Shown here piece by piece: positions 1-13,913 of a stretch of DNA of 31,151 nucleotides (its first letter is position 1; the number at the start of each line of letters is the position of its first letter). Where the stretch lies: positions 62,001 to 93,151 of the forward strand of contig CAJNYD010000068.1 in assembly GCA_905331295.1 (NCBI GenBank). Reading direction: 5' to 3'. A program made the translations under genes and the position numbers. Under the pieces are notes generated by a model. It did not search any database. It was not told where the DNA came from and saw only the letters and a program-made list of their open reading frames with translations. The stretch comes from Rotaria socialis (lineage: Eukaryota).

Positions 1-1086
1 CAATAGATTACAGTCTATATCATTCTTCTGTGCTAATTTGTGTCTATAAGACTGGAGAAGAACTGATAGTCAAACTTAGATTATCTTTGTGAAAAAGCTT
101 GTAAGAACATTTCCTGAAAATGACAAAATATGGAACTTACATTAAACTCACGTTTGGAGTTACAGAACAGAACTTACATTGACACAGCAGACTCTCTGTT
201 ACACAAAGAGCAAGAGGTCAAATCATCTATCTTCTTCAACTTCCGCTCGTCGTTCAATTATTTTCCGCTAGTATCTTATATTTTGGGAAACAGGACTTAT
301 AAGAAATCTATGAGTATATAGGGTAGACAGTTATACCCACCATCTAAGTCCTCACCTATCCTACAGGCCGTGATAGACAACGCTAATGTGTTATCGAGAA
401 TAATGTATACGTAAAATCTCTCAAGAATTGCACTAATAACTTTTCAGTATTTTTCCATGTCTGACATTGTGCAATAATATGATTTCAGTCATCGTGATAA
501 CGACTGTGACAGCACTTAACTGCCGAGTTGTTGCAAATGCCAACTTTTCTAATTTTTCAAGGTTCCATAATATTCTACCAAAATCCTTTCTCTATTACGC
601 GTAACAAAAGATATCAGATTATATGATTGGTTCAATGTAGCATATCATATTTTCAGTTCATTATTTCTTTCATGATCACTCGATTCAGTGATCGAAAAAA
701 TGATTCCTATCGCTTTATACGAATGCCCGAACTTTGGCCGTTAAAATTATACTGCAAAGAGAAGAAACACTTGACGCTAGAATGAAGAAGACTTGTAGGA
801 CGAGAGATCCTGAAGTGGCTGAATTATAGATAACTAAAATAATAGCATCTCTCTTTAGTCTGGAATTGTGTCGCATATAAAAAAATCAGAAAACGATAAT
901 TGTTTGCGACCTGAGTTTATTAAGTTCAATTTATCGGCAAAACGTTAACGTAAAACAGTTGAGCTCTACGTAGACTTTATCTTTCGTTTAACATTATTTC
1001 GTCTTAAATAAAAAAAATATGGCAGATCTTTTGATTAGTAAAAAAGAATAAACACAAACAGAAAGAATAAATCATTCGAGTGCGTC

Positions 1087-4000
1087 TCATTGCGGTGCTA
1101 CCCTTTGTAGCCTATAGTAGAAGCCTCTTTTCCGCAATAGTTCTTCGTGTGGACCTTCTTCTCGCACGCTACCACCATCGACTACGACGATCTTTTCACT
1201 ATTCTGTATTGTTGTTAGTCGATGAGCAATTGTTAAACATGTTCGATTTTGTCGAGCTTTGTCAATAGCTTCTTGTACAATCTTGATGAAAAAAATGAAA
1301 TTAGAAAAATAAGGTAAAAATAAACATATGCAACTAGATATCTTGCCCGTTCTGTCTCATTATCAAGTGCAGAAGTCGCTTCATCAAGTAAAAGTATTTT
1401 CGGTTTCTGTAATAAAGCTCGAGCAATTGCTATTCTTTGCTTTTGACCTCCAGAAAATTGTGTATTTCCAACATTGCCACAGTTTGTCTCATACCCCTAT
1501 GATGTATCAAAAGAATAATCCTGTTTTCAAATGTGAAAAAAGATTCACTTGTGGGAATTTTAAGATTTCTTCATGAATATTAGCTTGTATGGCGACTTCG
1601 TGAATTTCTGTATGTGATACTTTTCTATCATTGATCCCGTATGCAATATTTTCAGCTATGGTACGATCAAATAATATCGGTTCTTGTTGAACAAAACCAA
1701 TTATTGAACGAAGCCAGCTGATATTTATAGTTCGTAAATCTTGACCATCCAAAAAGATGTGGCCATTGATCGAATCATAGAAACGAAGTAACAGAGAAAT
1801 GATTGTGCTCTTACTAAATAAAACAAATAATTGTAGATATACTATTGTATGTAATATCGATGGCAATGCTTACCCGCAACCTGATGAGCCGATAAGTGCT
1901 GTTGTTTGTCCTTGTAAACAAGTAAGATTAAATTTATTGAGTATTCGATGTTTTGTTCGAGTCGGATAAGTAAAATCAACATCCCGAAACTCGATATTCC
2001 CTTCAAAGCTATTCTAAAGTCATTCATACACAGATTCATAATATGTATTATTTCACGTACAATATTCTACATACCGGTTTTAAACCCTTGTCATTATAGG
2101 GATCTATAGCCGATATTTGGTCAAGAAATGTCAAAATACGTTCGGTTGCTGCTTTTGCTACAGTGTAATCAGGCATTGATGATGTACTTCTGCCAATTGA
2201 CATTGAAGCAAAATTAATGACAATAAACACACGAAAAACTTGAACAAAATCCATATTGCCACTTTCAACAAGACTTGCTCCATAGCTAAATGCTGTGACA
2301 TGAATAAAATATAAAAATGAATTGCCAATCGCTTTGCCTAACGCTTGTATGGGAATTTTACACAATTTGTTTCTGTAGTATAAATATAAATGTATGAAAG
2401 TATTTTATAATTTTATTTCACTTACTTAAAATCTTTGTCAAATACATTTTTGTATTTTTCGATAAAAAATCGCTCTTGATTGAGAGTAGCAATTGTTCGA
2501 ATGTTTTGAATAGCTTCAATCGCATACTATATAAATCATGTGATCATTTCTTAATATGATCTAAGACTGGGAGAAACTTTTAAGAACTCACTCTTCCGCC
2601 TTCTTCCGCGAATGATTTAGCTGTTTTAACGTGACCTGCTTTCGATTGTGTTCTTCCTTGTAAATAGCCCGAAATGATTAATAGTGGAGTGAAACATGAA
2701 ACGACTAATGCTAATTTCCAACCAGTCATGAATGCAACAGTAAATGCAAAAATCAAAGCACCCAATGATGAAAAAAGCACATTCATTCGAGTTCCAGCTA
2801 AGTTCTTGAAAGAGGCAAATGATTACAGATAAAAAAATCAAAAAAAATGGAGTTTACTCTTAAGGCCGCTGTATCAGTTGAAAGTCGAGTAATTAACGAT
2901 CCCACACTGTTTTTCTCATCATCAAACCAGCTGATTTCACGTCTTAACATAGCTTCAAATGTGAACAGACGCATACGTAAAGTTAATGCTTCGCCTGCTT
3001 TGGCAAATGTCACTGTACTAAGAAATTGTACAATGCCAGCAAATACATAAATACCTAAAATACCCAGTGATAAATTTTGTGTACGCAATGATTGAATTTC
3101 AAGATTCGGATTTGCTAAAAGACCATATATCATTGAATAGATTAGGCCTACTACTGGTTCGACACAACCATAAAGAATAGCACACAGAGAACCAACTATT
3201 AGATAGAGCTTTTCAGGTGAATTCAGTTTTAGTAGTTTGATCAAAAATGGTGTATGGAACGAAAAGTGCGATAATTTTTCAGGATTCTTCTCCTTCACAT
3301 CGTCGTCATTTAATGGTATCTCTTGAAGACTGGATAAAGATCTTTGTCGTATCGGTGTTACTATTCAAACGATATCTTTGTAGTTAAGAATGAATTACTT
3401 TGCATGTTTAAACTTACATGAAGAATTAGTCGACGGCTGTTGTTTTTCATTAGTATCTTCTTCTTGATCCGGTTGAGTAGCTAATGTACGATAGATTCCA
3501 TTTTCAATTTGCATCAGCTCAATATGCGTGCCACACTCTATAACATTGCCATTGTCAAAAACTAGAATGATATCAGCATCTCGAATTGTTGTGATTCGAT
3601 GTGCAACAATAATCGTCGTTCGACCCTTGCTAGCTTGATTCAATGCATCTTGTACAATCTTTGTATTGCGATTATCTGCATATAAAAAGATGCTATAAAA
3701 CTATCACAACGAATAGAATACGCTCCGTTATACCTAATGCTGAAGTAGCTTCGTCCAAAAGCAATATTTGTGGATTGGAAATAATTGCCCGAGCAATAGC
3801 TATTCGTTGTTTTTGACCACCAGCTAACATACCTTTCGCCGATGTTCGATATCCTTCAGGTAGTTCGAGAATGAATTCATGAGCATTAGCCATTTTAGCA
3901 GCTTGCACCACTTCGTCCTAAGTCAAACAAAAATAAGATTATATATAGTCTGAATAATTTCTATGGAGAACTAGAGCATACTAACTTCTGTTGCGTGAGG

Positions 4001-6054
4001 CTTCCCCATCCGAATGTTATCTTCAATTGAGCCCGAAAAGAGTACAGGCTCTTGTCCAACATAGCCAATATGTGAACGAAGCCATTCAATATTTAACTGT
4101 CGAATATCTTGACCATCGAGTAATACCTAAAAGTATTATCACAAGTGTTGACATATTAAAAATCACTGTATTCATAGTGATTACTTCACCAAAATCAGGA
4201 TCATACATGCGATTTATCAATGCTAATGTGGTGCTTTCTAAATTTTTGCAGCGTGAAATAAGATATCAACAACAATCAGATGTTAATCTTACTTCCACAT
4301 CCAGAATGTCCGACTAAAGCCACTGTTTTGCCGCTTGGAATTGTGATATTAACATTTTGAAGAACCTGTGATGATATTTTTAAATATGAATTTTTATATC
4401 ACATGATAAGTAATTAAACAAACCGGTTGTCCTAGACGAGCAGGATAAGTGAATGTCACATTTTTTAGTTGAATTTCGCCTTTCAACGATGATGGTTTTT
4501 CTCCTTCATACGTTCTAGATGCATCAATTTTTGATTTCTAGTAAAAAGAATGAATTTATTTCACAAAATAAAAGATACTACTGCATATAGCGTACTGTCG
4601 AAATAATGTTGAAAATGAAAGAACTAGAAGCAGTAGCATCGGAAAATTTTTCCAAATTAGGTACTAGTTGATTAAGACACCAAGTTGTATTCAAACAGGC
4701 AATAAATATCTAAATATGATGATGCATGTATAGACTCACACTATTTCAGAAAATAATTCTTTGACTTACAACAACGAGTACACCAGCCGAATAGGCATGG
4801 CATTCTGTTTTAATGAGATATTGTCCATACCCAAGAGCAGCTGTGAAAACAACCCCAGTGGCTACATTCGAAAATATTTGACATAAGCCTTGAACAATGC
4901 CTTTTTTGATTCCAATCAATGGTATTTCTGATAAACTAGCCGCATATCTAAAAACAACAGAACCTATGAGATCAATAGACAATGAACACCCGAAGCAAAC
5001 CTGTCTTGTTCTTTTTTCTGTCCATTGAAAGCTGTCACTATACGTATTCCTGTCAATACTTCTTGTGCAATTGTATTTGCTTTAGCATAGGCCTCAATTT
5101 GTTTTTTTGCGTATTTGATAGAGAATTTTATTGTTAAATTAAAGACCAAAACAATGAGAGGAGCAGCAGTTAAAATAACTAGTGTCAATTTCCATCCTTT
5201 GACAAATGCAAAAACGAGACAGCCTACCATCCGAGCTAATAATGAAATAAAATCAGCCACTTTATCACCAACGCCTTCTTTCATTTTCAGTAAATCATCT
5301 ATAAGCATATTGGTTAATTTGCCTTTACCACCGAGAATATCAAAATAGGACATATCTTGATAGAGAATATTGCGAAATAGGTGAAATCTGAATATTTTCA
5401 ACTTATTATGTTTTTGAAAATAAGCTAAAAGTCTATAGTATACTGACCGTATTCGACGAATTTGTCGTTCAGCTGATAGCATATAGGCCGAGAAGCCGAT
5501 CGTATAAAAGAAGATGCTTAGAAATCCGAGTACAACATACCATTTCACCACATTTTTAATTGATTGAATCGGGCTCGTGGTATTGTTAGGCATATCAAAC
5601 CTTAATATTCGATTGATATATTCACAGGCTGCAAAATCTCGCATCTAAAACCTACCCTCCATTTTCACATGACAATTGAGATAAATTTTGAAGACCCATT
5701 TGTTCTATATATTGCAGTTTACCATAATTGACAAGAGCATCGGTGACTTGTTGATAAACGACAAGTAGCAATGGCAAACATGCGCCGCTGGCAAATGAGC
5801 TAACTGTACCAATGATCATAAGGCATATGTCAAGTGCATCAGCAAACTTGTACTATATATGGTATAAAAAGAAACACACTTTTATGCTAATATACTTATC
5901 TACTCACAATTTCTAGAGGTCGAAACTTTTTTATTAGTGTTGAATCATTTTCCGATGGATTTGTCAAGTGGGTTGGTAATATTTTGTCGTCTATCATCTT
6001 CCAGTTAACCAATATAGGCTCTTGAAATTGAACATCTTGAACTTGCCGTCCCAT
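1087..6054 (-). CDS. ABCB1: ABCB-family (MDR/P-glycoprotein-like) full transporter, TMD-NBD-TMD-NBD, many exons
   Basis: Manual splicing across GT-AG introns. Start MGRQVQD at 6054, stop TGA at 1087-1089 (...[17 protein letters not shown]). NBD1: Walker A GHSGCGKST, signature [13 protein letters not shown], Walker [14 protein letters not shown]-loop IVAHR. NBD2: [34 protein letters not shown] motifs GWKLTLV, GWKLALV and [11 protein letters not shown]. The symbol is family-level; orthology is not shown. Confidence 0.93.
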
Positions 6055-7429
6055 TGTGCTAAGAAATAATCTGTAAACCAATGTAAAAAGCACTACAATA
6101 TGTCATTATTTCCTTTCTAAATTTTATTTTGCACGCCAACTCTAGTCGTTAACAATTTATAATGGCTGCATTATGCTCAAGTATATCTCTCGTCTCTCTC
6201 AACTCACTCTCAATTCAAGAATAACGAAACTTAGAGATATGTCTACATTTATACCAATACGATACAAAATCGCTTCGGTGATGATTAATCTTTTGATTTT
6301 TTTATTCAAAAGGTTGATATGATAGAGAACCGAACAAAACGTGTCAAGGCTCTATGCTGATGTCTTTTGATTATTAGAGTACTAGTAATGTTGTTGAATT
6401 CAACAATCGTTCTGGTGTATCCTTGTTCAATTGTATCTACCTAGTTGTCTAAACATATCGAAAGAACAATTCTCCAATATCTTTTTCTGCTTATTTTCTA
6501 ACGCATACGGACGTAACAAACTTAATTTTTTTAGACTATATAATCCAGTCAACAATGAAAACATCACAGAGACTATTGTACGAGCACACGAATAACTTTG
6601 ATACGATGCAATTCAGTCAATGTTGGTCATTTTTAATCCAAAAACAAGAAAGATGATTTGAAAAGATTAGCTGAATTTGTTTAAATTAATTCAAAAAATC
6701 GCAGAGACAAGAGACCTTAGCAAGACTGTACCGTGAATCGCTTATGCATATAAACATTTGCAATCTCAGAGGTCATTTCCTTTTTGAAATATTTTCATCG
6801 TCATAAAAAAATGCTTATTCAATACGTCCTAGTCTCGATAGCAAATAAAACACAAAGATCACTGGTTCTAATCAAAGTACATTACATCAAATTTCTACTT
6901 CCTTTTTTCTCCATTTTCAATGAATAATTTATAAGAGCACAAATACATTTGTCTATGCAAATCTTTAATCTACTATCATGTCATATTGTAGAATATCTAA
7001 ATTGATGACGTCATTGAAAGAAAGTGACTTGTTCGCTGGCTAGAAAGTGGATGAAAACGGAAAAGATATATTTGATTGAGATTATATACTATATAAAGTT
7101 ATATACACAGTTTGGTGGAAATAAGAAAACTTCTATACTAATTATTCTAGTGGCTCTTCGATTACAAGAAGAATCTGTAAGATCATGCAAAATGCTGAGA
7201 GCGCAATACACGAAATTTTTAATCGACTCGATGCCGATCAATCGGCACAATCGTTCATAAAAACAAAATCTAATCAGTGGAAAATGAATTTGGTTAGGGA
7301 ATTGTTTGCAATAGTGATGGGTAATCATGGCCCTCGAAGGTATATGCGACTAGAATTTCACTATCCAAAACTCGAACCCAACCATTGGGAAAATGTAAGC
7401 ATCTGTGTGGTCAATCTAAAGGGTTGGGA

Positions 7430-7513
7430 GGGTGTGGATATGAATGTGTGCTTGGATGGGATATCGGCGAAGAAATCTCATTCCTTGGTATAAGTTGGCC
7501 CACATCCGCATTC
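7430..7513. repeat. Degenerate inverted telomere-like repeat pair
   Basis: GGGTGTGGATATGAATGTGTG (7430-7450) ... CCCACATCCGCATTC (7499-7513). Confidence 0.5.
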
Positions 7514-8508
7514 TTGTCAGAGTTTTCTCGTGTTCTTTCTGTGTGCAATGCGCTTACAGATGGTTTAAACCACAACTATATATGTTGAGATTTCCATTGA
7601 AACTGAATCCAACAAAAGATGGTGCATACAACGACAAATACAATATTCATATTATTATTCTTGGTTGATAAATCATTACATTGAAAATATTTTCATCCTA
7701 ATGTTCAAATTAGATCTCTTTTTTTCAATATGTACTTTGATCTGCTTTTTATTTCTTTTGTGCCATTCTATAGTTCTCGATTAGTGAATCTAAAAATTTT
7801 CCGAAGGTACGGACTTTTGCACTCGAAAATAATATATTTGCTGTTCGTCTTGAATGTAACCATTCGATCTAAGTAATTATTTTCCCTCAATAGTCACAAA
7901 TCAGCTCACTGAGACTAGTAATGAGCATTTGTTCATTCGTTTCACTAATAGCCTGCAAGGAAGAAAAAAGAGATTCTATTTAGTTGATTGCATTTAAATG
8001 TTTGAAATGAACTGAGACTATATGAATGGTTACGGTTCTTTCTTTAAATTGTCATATAATGAAAAACAAAAAAAAGAACATCATAAGCCAGTGGCGGGAT
8101 TTGTTTTCGGAAATAGCTTTTCGATAATCCGCCACTTTCAGACCTTCGTATATTGTCAGAATAAAATAGTATATTAAGATGAAATCAAATTAATGTTCAG
8201 TAATAACACTGTCACCCAGATCCGAACGAAAAAAAGAATTTTTTTAGCGAATACTTTCTTTCTTTCTATAAAGAAACCATATTCTTCGACTCATTACTCA
8301 ACATAGAATGTCTTCGTACAACGAATATTAGTTTATGAATATAGCAGTAGGTTAGATACCGTTGGGTTACTACAGAGCAAATCGTGATATATGAATTCAC
8401 ATGGCTCTAATACAACTTGCATTCCCTTTTATAAATTTATTATACCAAAAGTTTGATGCATTTTAATTTTCTTATTAAATGCTATATTCTACTAGCAACA
8501 AAGTAGAA

Positions 8509-8602
8509 GAATGTGAATATGTGTGTAGCTGAAAGCAAAAATCCCTCACTAGCATCCCACCTATACTCCATCTATACCTCGTGCACACACACACTCATGC
8601 CC
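8509..8602. repeat. Highly degenerate inverted telomere-like repeat pair
   Basis: GAATGTGAATATGTGTGT (8509-8526) ... GCACACACACACTCATGCCC (8583-8602). Confidence 0.35.
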
Positions 8603-8771
8603 TCATTTACTGAATGATCCACTAGATTCGAGATGTTAACTAGATAAGTTTCACTCGAAAACTAATCCATGAGTTGTGTTCGTGATTTATAGCAGGAAAA
8701 ATGTATAGCTTCAATGTTTTCGTATAACGTCTGAGTTGCTCAGTATTCTCGTTTATAATTATTAGTCACAA

Positions 8772-11364
8772 TTATTTTCTATGAATAATCATGATAATAT
8801 AAAATGGAACAGTTAAAACAGCCAAGTAAGATGATGATGTTAGCAGAGTACCAGCGTTGCATCTACTTGTTGTTGTAATGCTTGTTGATAACGAAGATGA
8901 ACCTAGAATAAAAATGCACACGGAATTAGAGCGTTCTTTCTAATTGTAGCTGACTTTTTTTACCATTGTTATCAATGATTCCATTATTATCAATGACAAT
9001 TGTGTACGGCCCGTAGATCTTCGAATCATTCAATACAATTTGAGAGATAGTAGTATTTTTTTCAATATATGAAATAATATAACTAGGACTATGCGTAACA
9101 AACAATCCACCAGCGTAAATGTTAATCGATGTATTAATGCGAAAGTAAAATCCATTTATAGTCGAGTCTTGGAATACCCCACCATTGTAGACAAAGAAAT
9201 GCATGGGATAAAGGAAAAGATAACTGGCCCACGACGAAATTTCAAATAAACCATAGATGTAAACGTTAACGCCATTGATAGTCGACTGATTATTTTCTCT
9301 TGTTATATTAAAATTAGTTGGGATAATCAAATTACAGCCACCATCGTCTGGTGAACATCGATCCACTGTTGGTGCCAGTCCACCCAACCATGTAGAGTTT
9401 AATCCAAAATCACCCGATTCAGAGGGAGCAAATGTTATGGCTAGATACGGAAGAAAGTAGACTTTATTTTGACCGTGATACATTAGAAAACTCTTGATTT
9501 CACACAACAATTTGATCTGTGAAATCTTGTATTTGTAAATGCATTCTTCGTTAGGAATTCTTTGAAAAAACTATGCATATATGTTATAAGAGTGTATATT
9601 TCAAATGAAAATACATATTTAGTTTGTTTTATCAAAAATAAAAGGATTTATCACCTTTAATCTTAAGCTCAAACTTTATTCAATAATTGCTTGAACATTT
9701 TCTGAATTGTTTATTCAAAGTTTGACTATTATACTGAATTGAAACAAGAATAATATGAATTCATTTTCTGTTTTAGGAGCTATCTGATGGCGATGTGTAC
9801 ACTGAGAACAATACTATTCATCAAAGCGATATATGATGCGTTTTGGAGATATCCCTGAAAGTTCGATTAAGTATTGACTGAGGAAATATAGGAGCTATTG
9901 GTTGTATTCAAGAAATAACGAATATTACTGAGAAAGAAAATTTTCGAAAGACAAATGTATCATGCGAACTATGGGCGCCACGAAAGATGGGCAGGAAGGA
10001 TGTGTCACTTTGGACATCTTTTTTAGATCTGGGATAGGTTTTATTCGTGTACGCCGTGTCATGTGATTTTGATACCGCTGTCTTTTTTTTGTTATGGTCC
10101 GCAAGATGGAGTCGCTATAGACATGATTAGAGTCACCATATTTTTCACAATATCAGTTTAAATATCTTGGTTTCGAAAAAGATGACGTAGCACATAACTG
10201 TTTCTAATGAAAGCGCTCATCGGAATACGTGAAATTCGGATGAAGCATAAATAGTTCCTATATCTGCTGTAACAGTTGTCCTTATATTTAATTGAGTTTC
10301 TGGGAATACTCCAAAAAAAGCGTCTAGACCAAAGTCAAGTATCAAACATAGTCCTGTGATATTCAACTCTAACGGATATGGCGAACATATCTCGGAGAAT
10401 CATTCCAACCATAGGATCCGATGGAATCCATCTCAAGACGCCTCTGGCTGATCTCTAGTGTTCGCTTCAGATACTAAGCAGTGTCTAAGTAATAAAATAT
10501 GCACTGCTTCTGTTGCCACTACCATTACGATTCTGTCTATATCATTTTGTTGAAAAACAAATCTGCATGGTGAAAACTGTTCACGTATCTTCTATCTCTC
10601 ATCTTAGCTCCACTAGAATGCATTATCAGCTGTGAAAATAGTTTGTTTTTCGAAAATTGGATAACATTCGTTCAAAGTTTTTCTTCCTCCTAAACCTATC
10701 ATGTACTGTTCCATATTTGGATAAAACGCTGAGATTTTTCTTACATGAATACTTTTCTATTTTTCCTTGAAGATCAACTGTGATCGTGTATGGACCACTG
10801 ATTGAAGAATTGAATGTTGCAGTTGAATTATTGGTATTGGAAATCAGTGTTGTTGGTTGTGATGAAATGAATGAACCACCATTGTAAATTGTGATGATTG
10901 TATTTGATAAAACAAACCATCGATGATTTTGAGTTAAGTCTCGTAGCACTCCTCCCTTAAAAATCATTATATTAACTGGATATTGAAATGTAAATGTTGT
11001 CAAAGAAGAATTGATGGAAGAACCAATTTGTAATGTACCATAGACTCTCATCGATATAATATTAATGGTCAAACCTGTTTGACTGCTAATGGACACTGTC
11101 ACATTGTGAGGAATAATCACAGTTGAACCATTTGTTGGCATGCCGCTACTACCCCACACATTTGAAAGAGAGAAATCACCTGACTGAACAGCTGTTATCG
11201 TATTGTATGCTTCAAATACAAATGCTCTACTTTATATTGTATAGCATGTCTTCTTTTCGCTTACTTGAGTTGGTAAATTGTCTTGTGATTGATGACATTG
11301 ATATCGTTTTCGTGCATACTACGTAAAGAACAATAAGAGTGTCGGATGAAGTATACTTAACTGC
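8772..11364 (-). CDS. Putative secreted or surface-anchored protein with two tandem beta-rich (G8-like) repeats, a Ser/Thr stalk and a hydrophobic C-terminus; 5' end uncertain
   Basis: ORFs 10626-11159 and 8926-9510 share motifs (SGDFxLxxxW, GGxF, IxIYxGGxF, GPYTI). Phase-compatible splice sites join them into one gene: exons about 11364-11265, 11224-10745, 9440-8964 and 8902-8772, with a 1304-nt intron at 10744-9441 (T|gtaag ... tag|CC). The last exon reads GSSSLSTSITTTSRCNAGTLLTSSSYLAVLTVPFYIIMIIHRK*. No convincing start codon was found upstream of the hydrophobic TLIVLYVVC segment. The G8-like label is by resemblance only. Confidence 0.65.
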
Positions 11365-11466
11365 CTAATGACACGCTAACGAATTGAGATAATATAGAAA
11401 AAAAACAAGTTAAAAGCGTAATAATAATGAAATAGAACTAGAACTAGATTTATAGTGATGCATTCT

Positions 11467-11536
11467 TGGGTGTGGGTGTGTGTTACTGGAGGATGGATTT
11501 CAGTTCTTAACTCATTCACGGGTACATCCACGCTTA
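11467..11536. repeat. Telomere-like tract with a degenerate inverted partner
   Basis: TGGGTGTGGGTGTG (11467-11480) ... TACATCCACGCTTA (11523-11536). The right arm differs from CACACCCACACCCA only by transitions; spacer 42 nt. Confidence 0.65.
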
Positions 11537-12428
11537 CGTTTAGATTTCTGAAAACTTCTTCTTAACTCCTTATAATCTCTATAGTTTTCTGGAAAATCTT
11601 TAAAGTTAATATTTACGTATAGCATGAGGTACATTAGTAGAAGCCTTTGAGCAATTCCTATGCTGTGATACATTAGAAGATCCGCGTCTGCTGGGCTAAG
11701 TGAACGACAATCGGATTTGTTCATCTTATGTTCAAATTTTTAAATTCAATGTGGCGGAAGCGGTAGCATATGTATGTCAGTCGGAGAGATATAAGATGTC
11801 TACACACTAAAAATAAGTGACTAAATTTAGGAATGAGTATTTGAAAATAGATATGGATGTTCAGGGATAGGTATGAGTAGATACAGAGAAATGTGGGGAA
11901 ATCGAAAGAGATTGCTGTAGAAATTCAGTTCTAAGCCTAAATAATTGGAAACGTAGACGAAATATTTGATAAGACTCACGTCAGATGGTCAGACAGATTT
12001 TTAGATATATTAGAATAGATCTTTAAGGAGTGATGCATGAGTGAAATAATGGTGTGTCGAATATAGCCAGAACGTCTTAGAAACTTTCATATTTTCAAGG
12101 AATAATGAGAAGAGTCTCTGCAAAGCGGTAGTCGTACAGAACCTCCAATAGTTTCGATTCCGTTTGGGCTCAACCTTCATTAAATTCCTCTCGGTCTTGT
12201 TCTGATTTAAATATTGAAAAGTTCTCAATAGTAAACGTGTTCGTTTGCTAACTAATCCATTTGTAATCAAAAATATACTCACATACGATCGTAACAGTCA
12301 ACCACACGGCTATATATTCATGGTATGGATGCATGGGTTCAATCAACAGTTGGGTGTATTGTCACTGGTAATTATGATAATAAGTAATCTAAAGTATAAA
12401 CAAATGTCATTGTTTTAAGAATTGTATG

Positions 12429-12845
12429 GTTGAAAATGTTTTCAAAGAAGTATTTCATGCAAATGTGCCAGCATCATCACTAATCGAATGTCATGAAACG
12501 AATATGAGAAACAAAGAAATTTATACTGACAAATTACGCGGCGCACTTAAATATGCATGACTTCTCTTTTACTTCCTAGTGGTAAATTAGTCACGCACTT
12601 CTCTGATGCCATTGTTTGTGCAAAGATAAAGAAACTCCTACATTGAAATATAATATTAAGTAACCTAAAATATATCTTAATATCATTATATCAAGAAGTT
12701 TCAGTTGACAATTTTTCGATGAGGTGTCCCACGTGAACGTATCAGTATCATCAGTGATCGAATGTCATAAAACAAATATGAGAAACGAAGAAATTTCTAC
12801 TGACTAATTATACGATGCATTTTATTGTACATGACTTTCTTGTAC
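12429..12845. repeat. Diverged direct duplication, period about 274 bp
   Basis: 12469 CAGCATCATCACTAATCGAATGTCATGAAACGAATATGAGAAACAAAGAAATTTATACTGAC aligns with 12743 CAGTATCATCAGTGATCGAATGTCATAAAACAAATATGAGAAACGAAGAAATTTCTACTGAC. Weaker similarity extends on both sides. Confidence 0.85.
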
Positions 12846-13913
12846 TTTTTCGTAGCAAACTGCCTGCCTCCTTGATTGCTGCATTCGATACTTTCAGTAG
12901 TGTTTGATCTACACAAACAAGAAACGTAGGAGTGATAGTCATGAAATGTATTAATCATGCTTTTCGGCTAGCATACAATATGAGAAGAATATGCGAAAAG
13001 AATTTTGTTCGCTGTAATAATACTTTGAATAACGTACGTCAAGTTATTAGCCAGAAAATTTCTCTACAAGAGCTTTTCTCTAGAAGGAAGCGTAGAACTT
13101 CTGAGATTCGCAATCCAATTGGAATTCAGGGAATATTACGGAAATCTCATAAGTACGCAAATTAGATGTATAAAATGCATTAAAATACTATTTTCTTGGT
13201 TTAGAGCTTAGGCATTGATTCTAGTCAGAAAATTGAGAAAATATATGAAAAATAAATTACAGAATATAAAATAGAGTCACAGGACGAGGATGCAGCACGA
13301 TATGTATATCGGAAGTTGAACAACGAGCTGGTTTCTTGTCAGGTCCACAAATTATTTGAGACATTAATCCTAATAAAACAACAATCGACATATTTGTAAA
13401 GAGGCCTGCCTACTTTGTAAATCGATTTTTATTAAATAAGTTTTGAAGCTCGTAGATTCTTTTAGTATTTATGATCAAATGAGCAGAAAGGTGCTGAGAA
13501 CATGACCCAAGTTGGCTGTTGAGCAGTTTTAGAGTTTGACATCGACTATCAGACTCGATAATTTAATCTATATAACAATGATCTTCTACCAATTGACAGT
13601 TTGCGATTCGAGCTATAACAACTCTAAGTGTTCTTTATCTGTCCATACTATCTCTTCGGCCTGAGGATACCCACGTCATTCTATAGCACCGATCTTTAGC
13701 CAAGATTTGCATGGTTCTTTACCAACCTTGATCTACTATTGACTCCATCTTTGGATTGTTCATGTTACATTTTAGTTTAAGCACTTGATCGCGAGAAGAC
13801 GTATCTTTTCATATTAACACATTCGCCTTAAAATATTAGCAAAATTCCGAAAGATGCATAGCAGTTTGGCTCAGTATGGACCATTTATGACTGGTTTCAA
13901 ATTGCTCCAGAGA

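Noticed and set aside
309..341. TATGAGTATA...TATACCCAC as a possible eighth telomere-like cassette
   Set aside because: Too degenerate and short to separate from chance in AT-rich DNA.
1080..5348. Plus-strand ORFs (1080, 1328, 2847, 3991, 5115) and alternate-frame minus ORFs
   Set aside because: Antisense or off-frame shadows of ABCB exons.
7185..7493. 102-aa + strand ORF
   Set aside because: No recognisable domain. Its 3' part runs through a degenerate repeat cassette. It could be a gene or transposon remnant but cannot be supported.
11830..12360. Scattered degenerate telomere-like words (AGATATGGATGT, AGGTATGAGT, TATACTCACA, TGGGTGTA)
   Set aside because: No clear paired arms, and multiple mismatches each.
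13097..13154. ACTTCTGAGATT / AATCTCATAAGT inverted repeat
   Set aside because: A single 12-bp imperfect stem with no second copy in the window.
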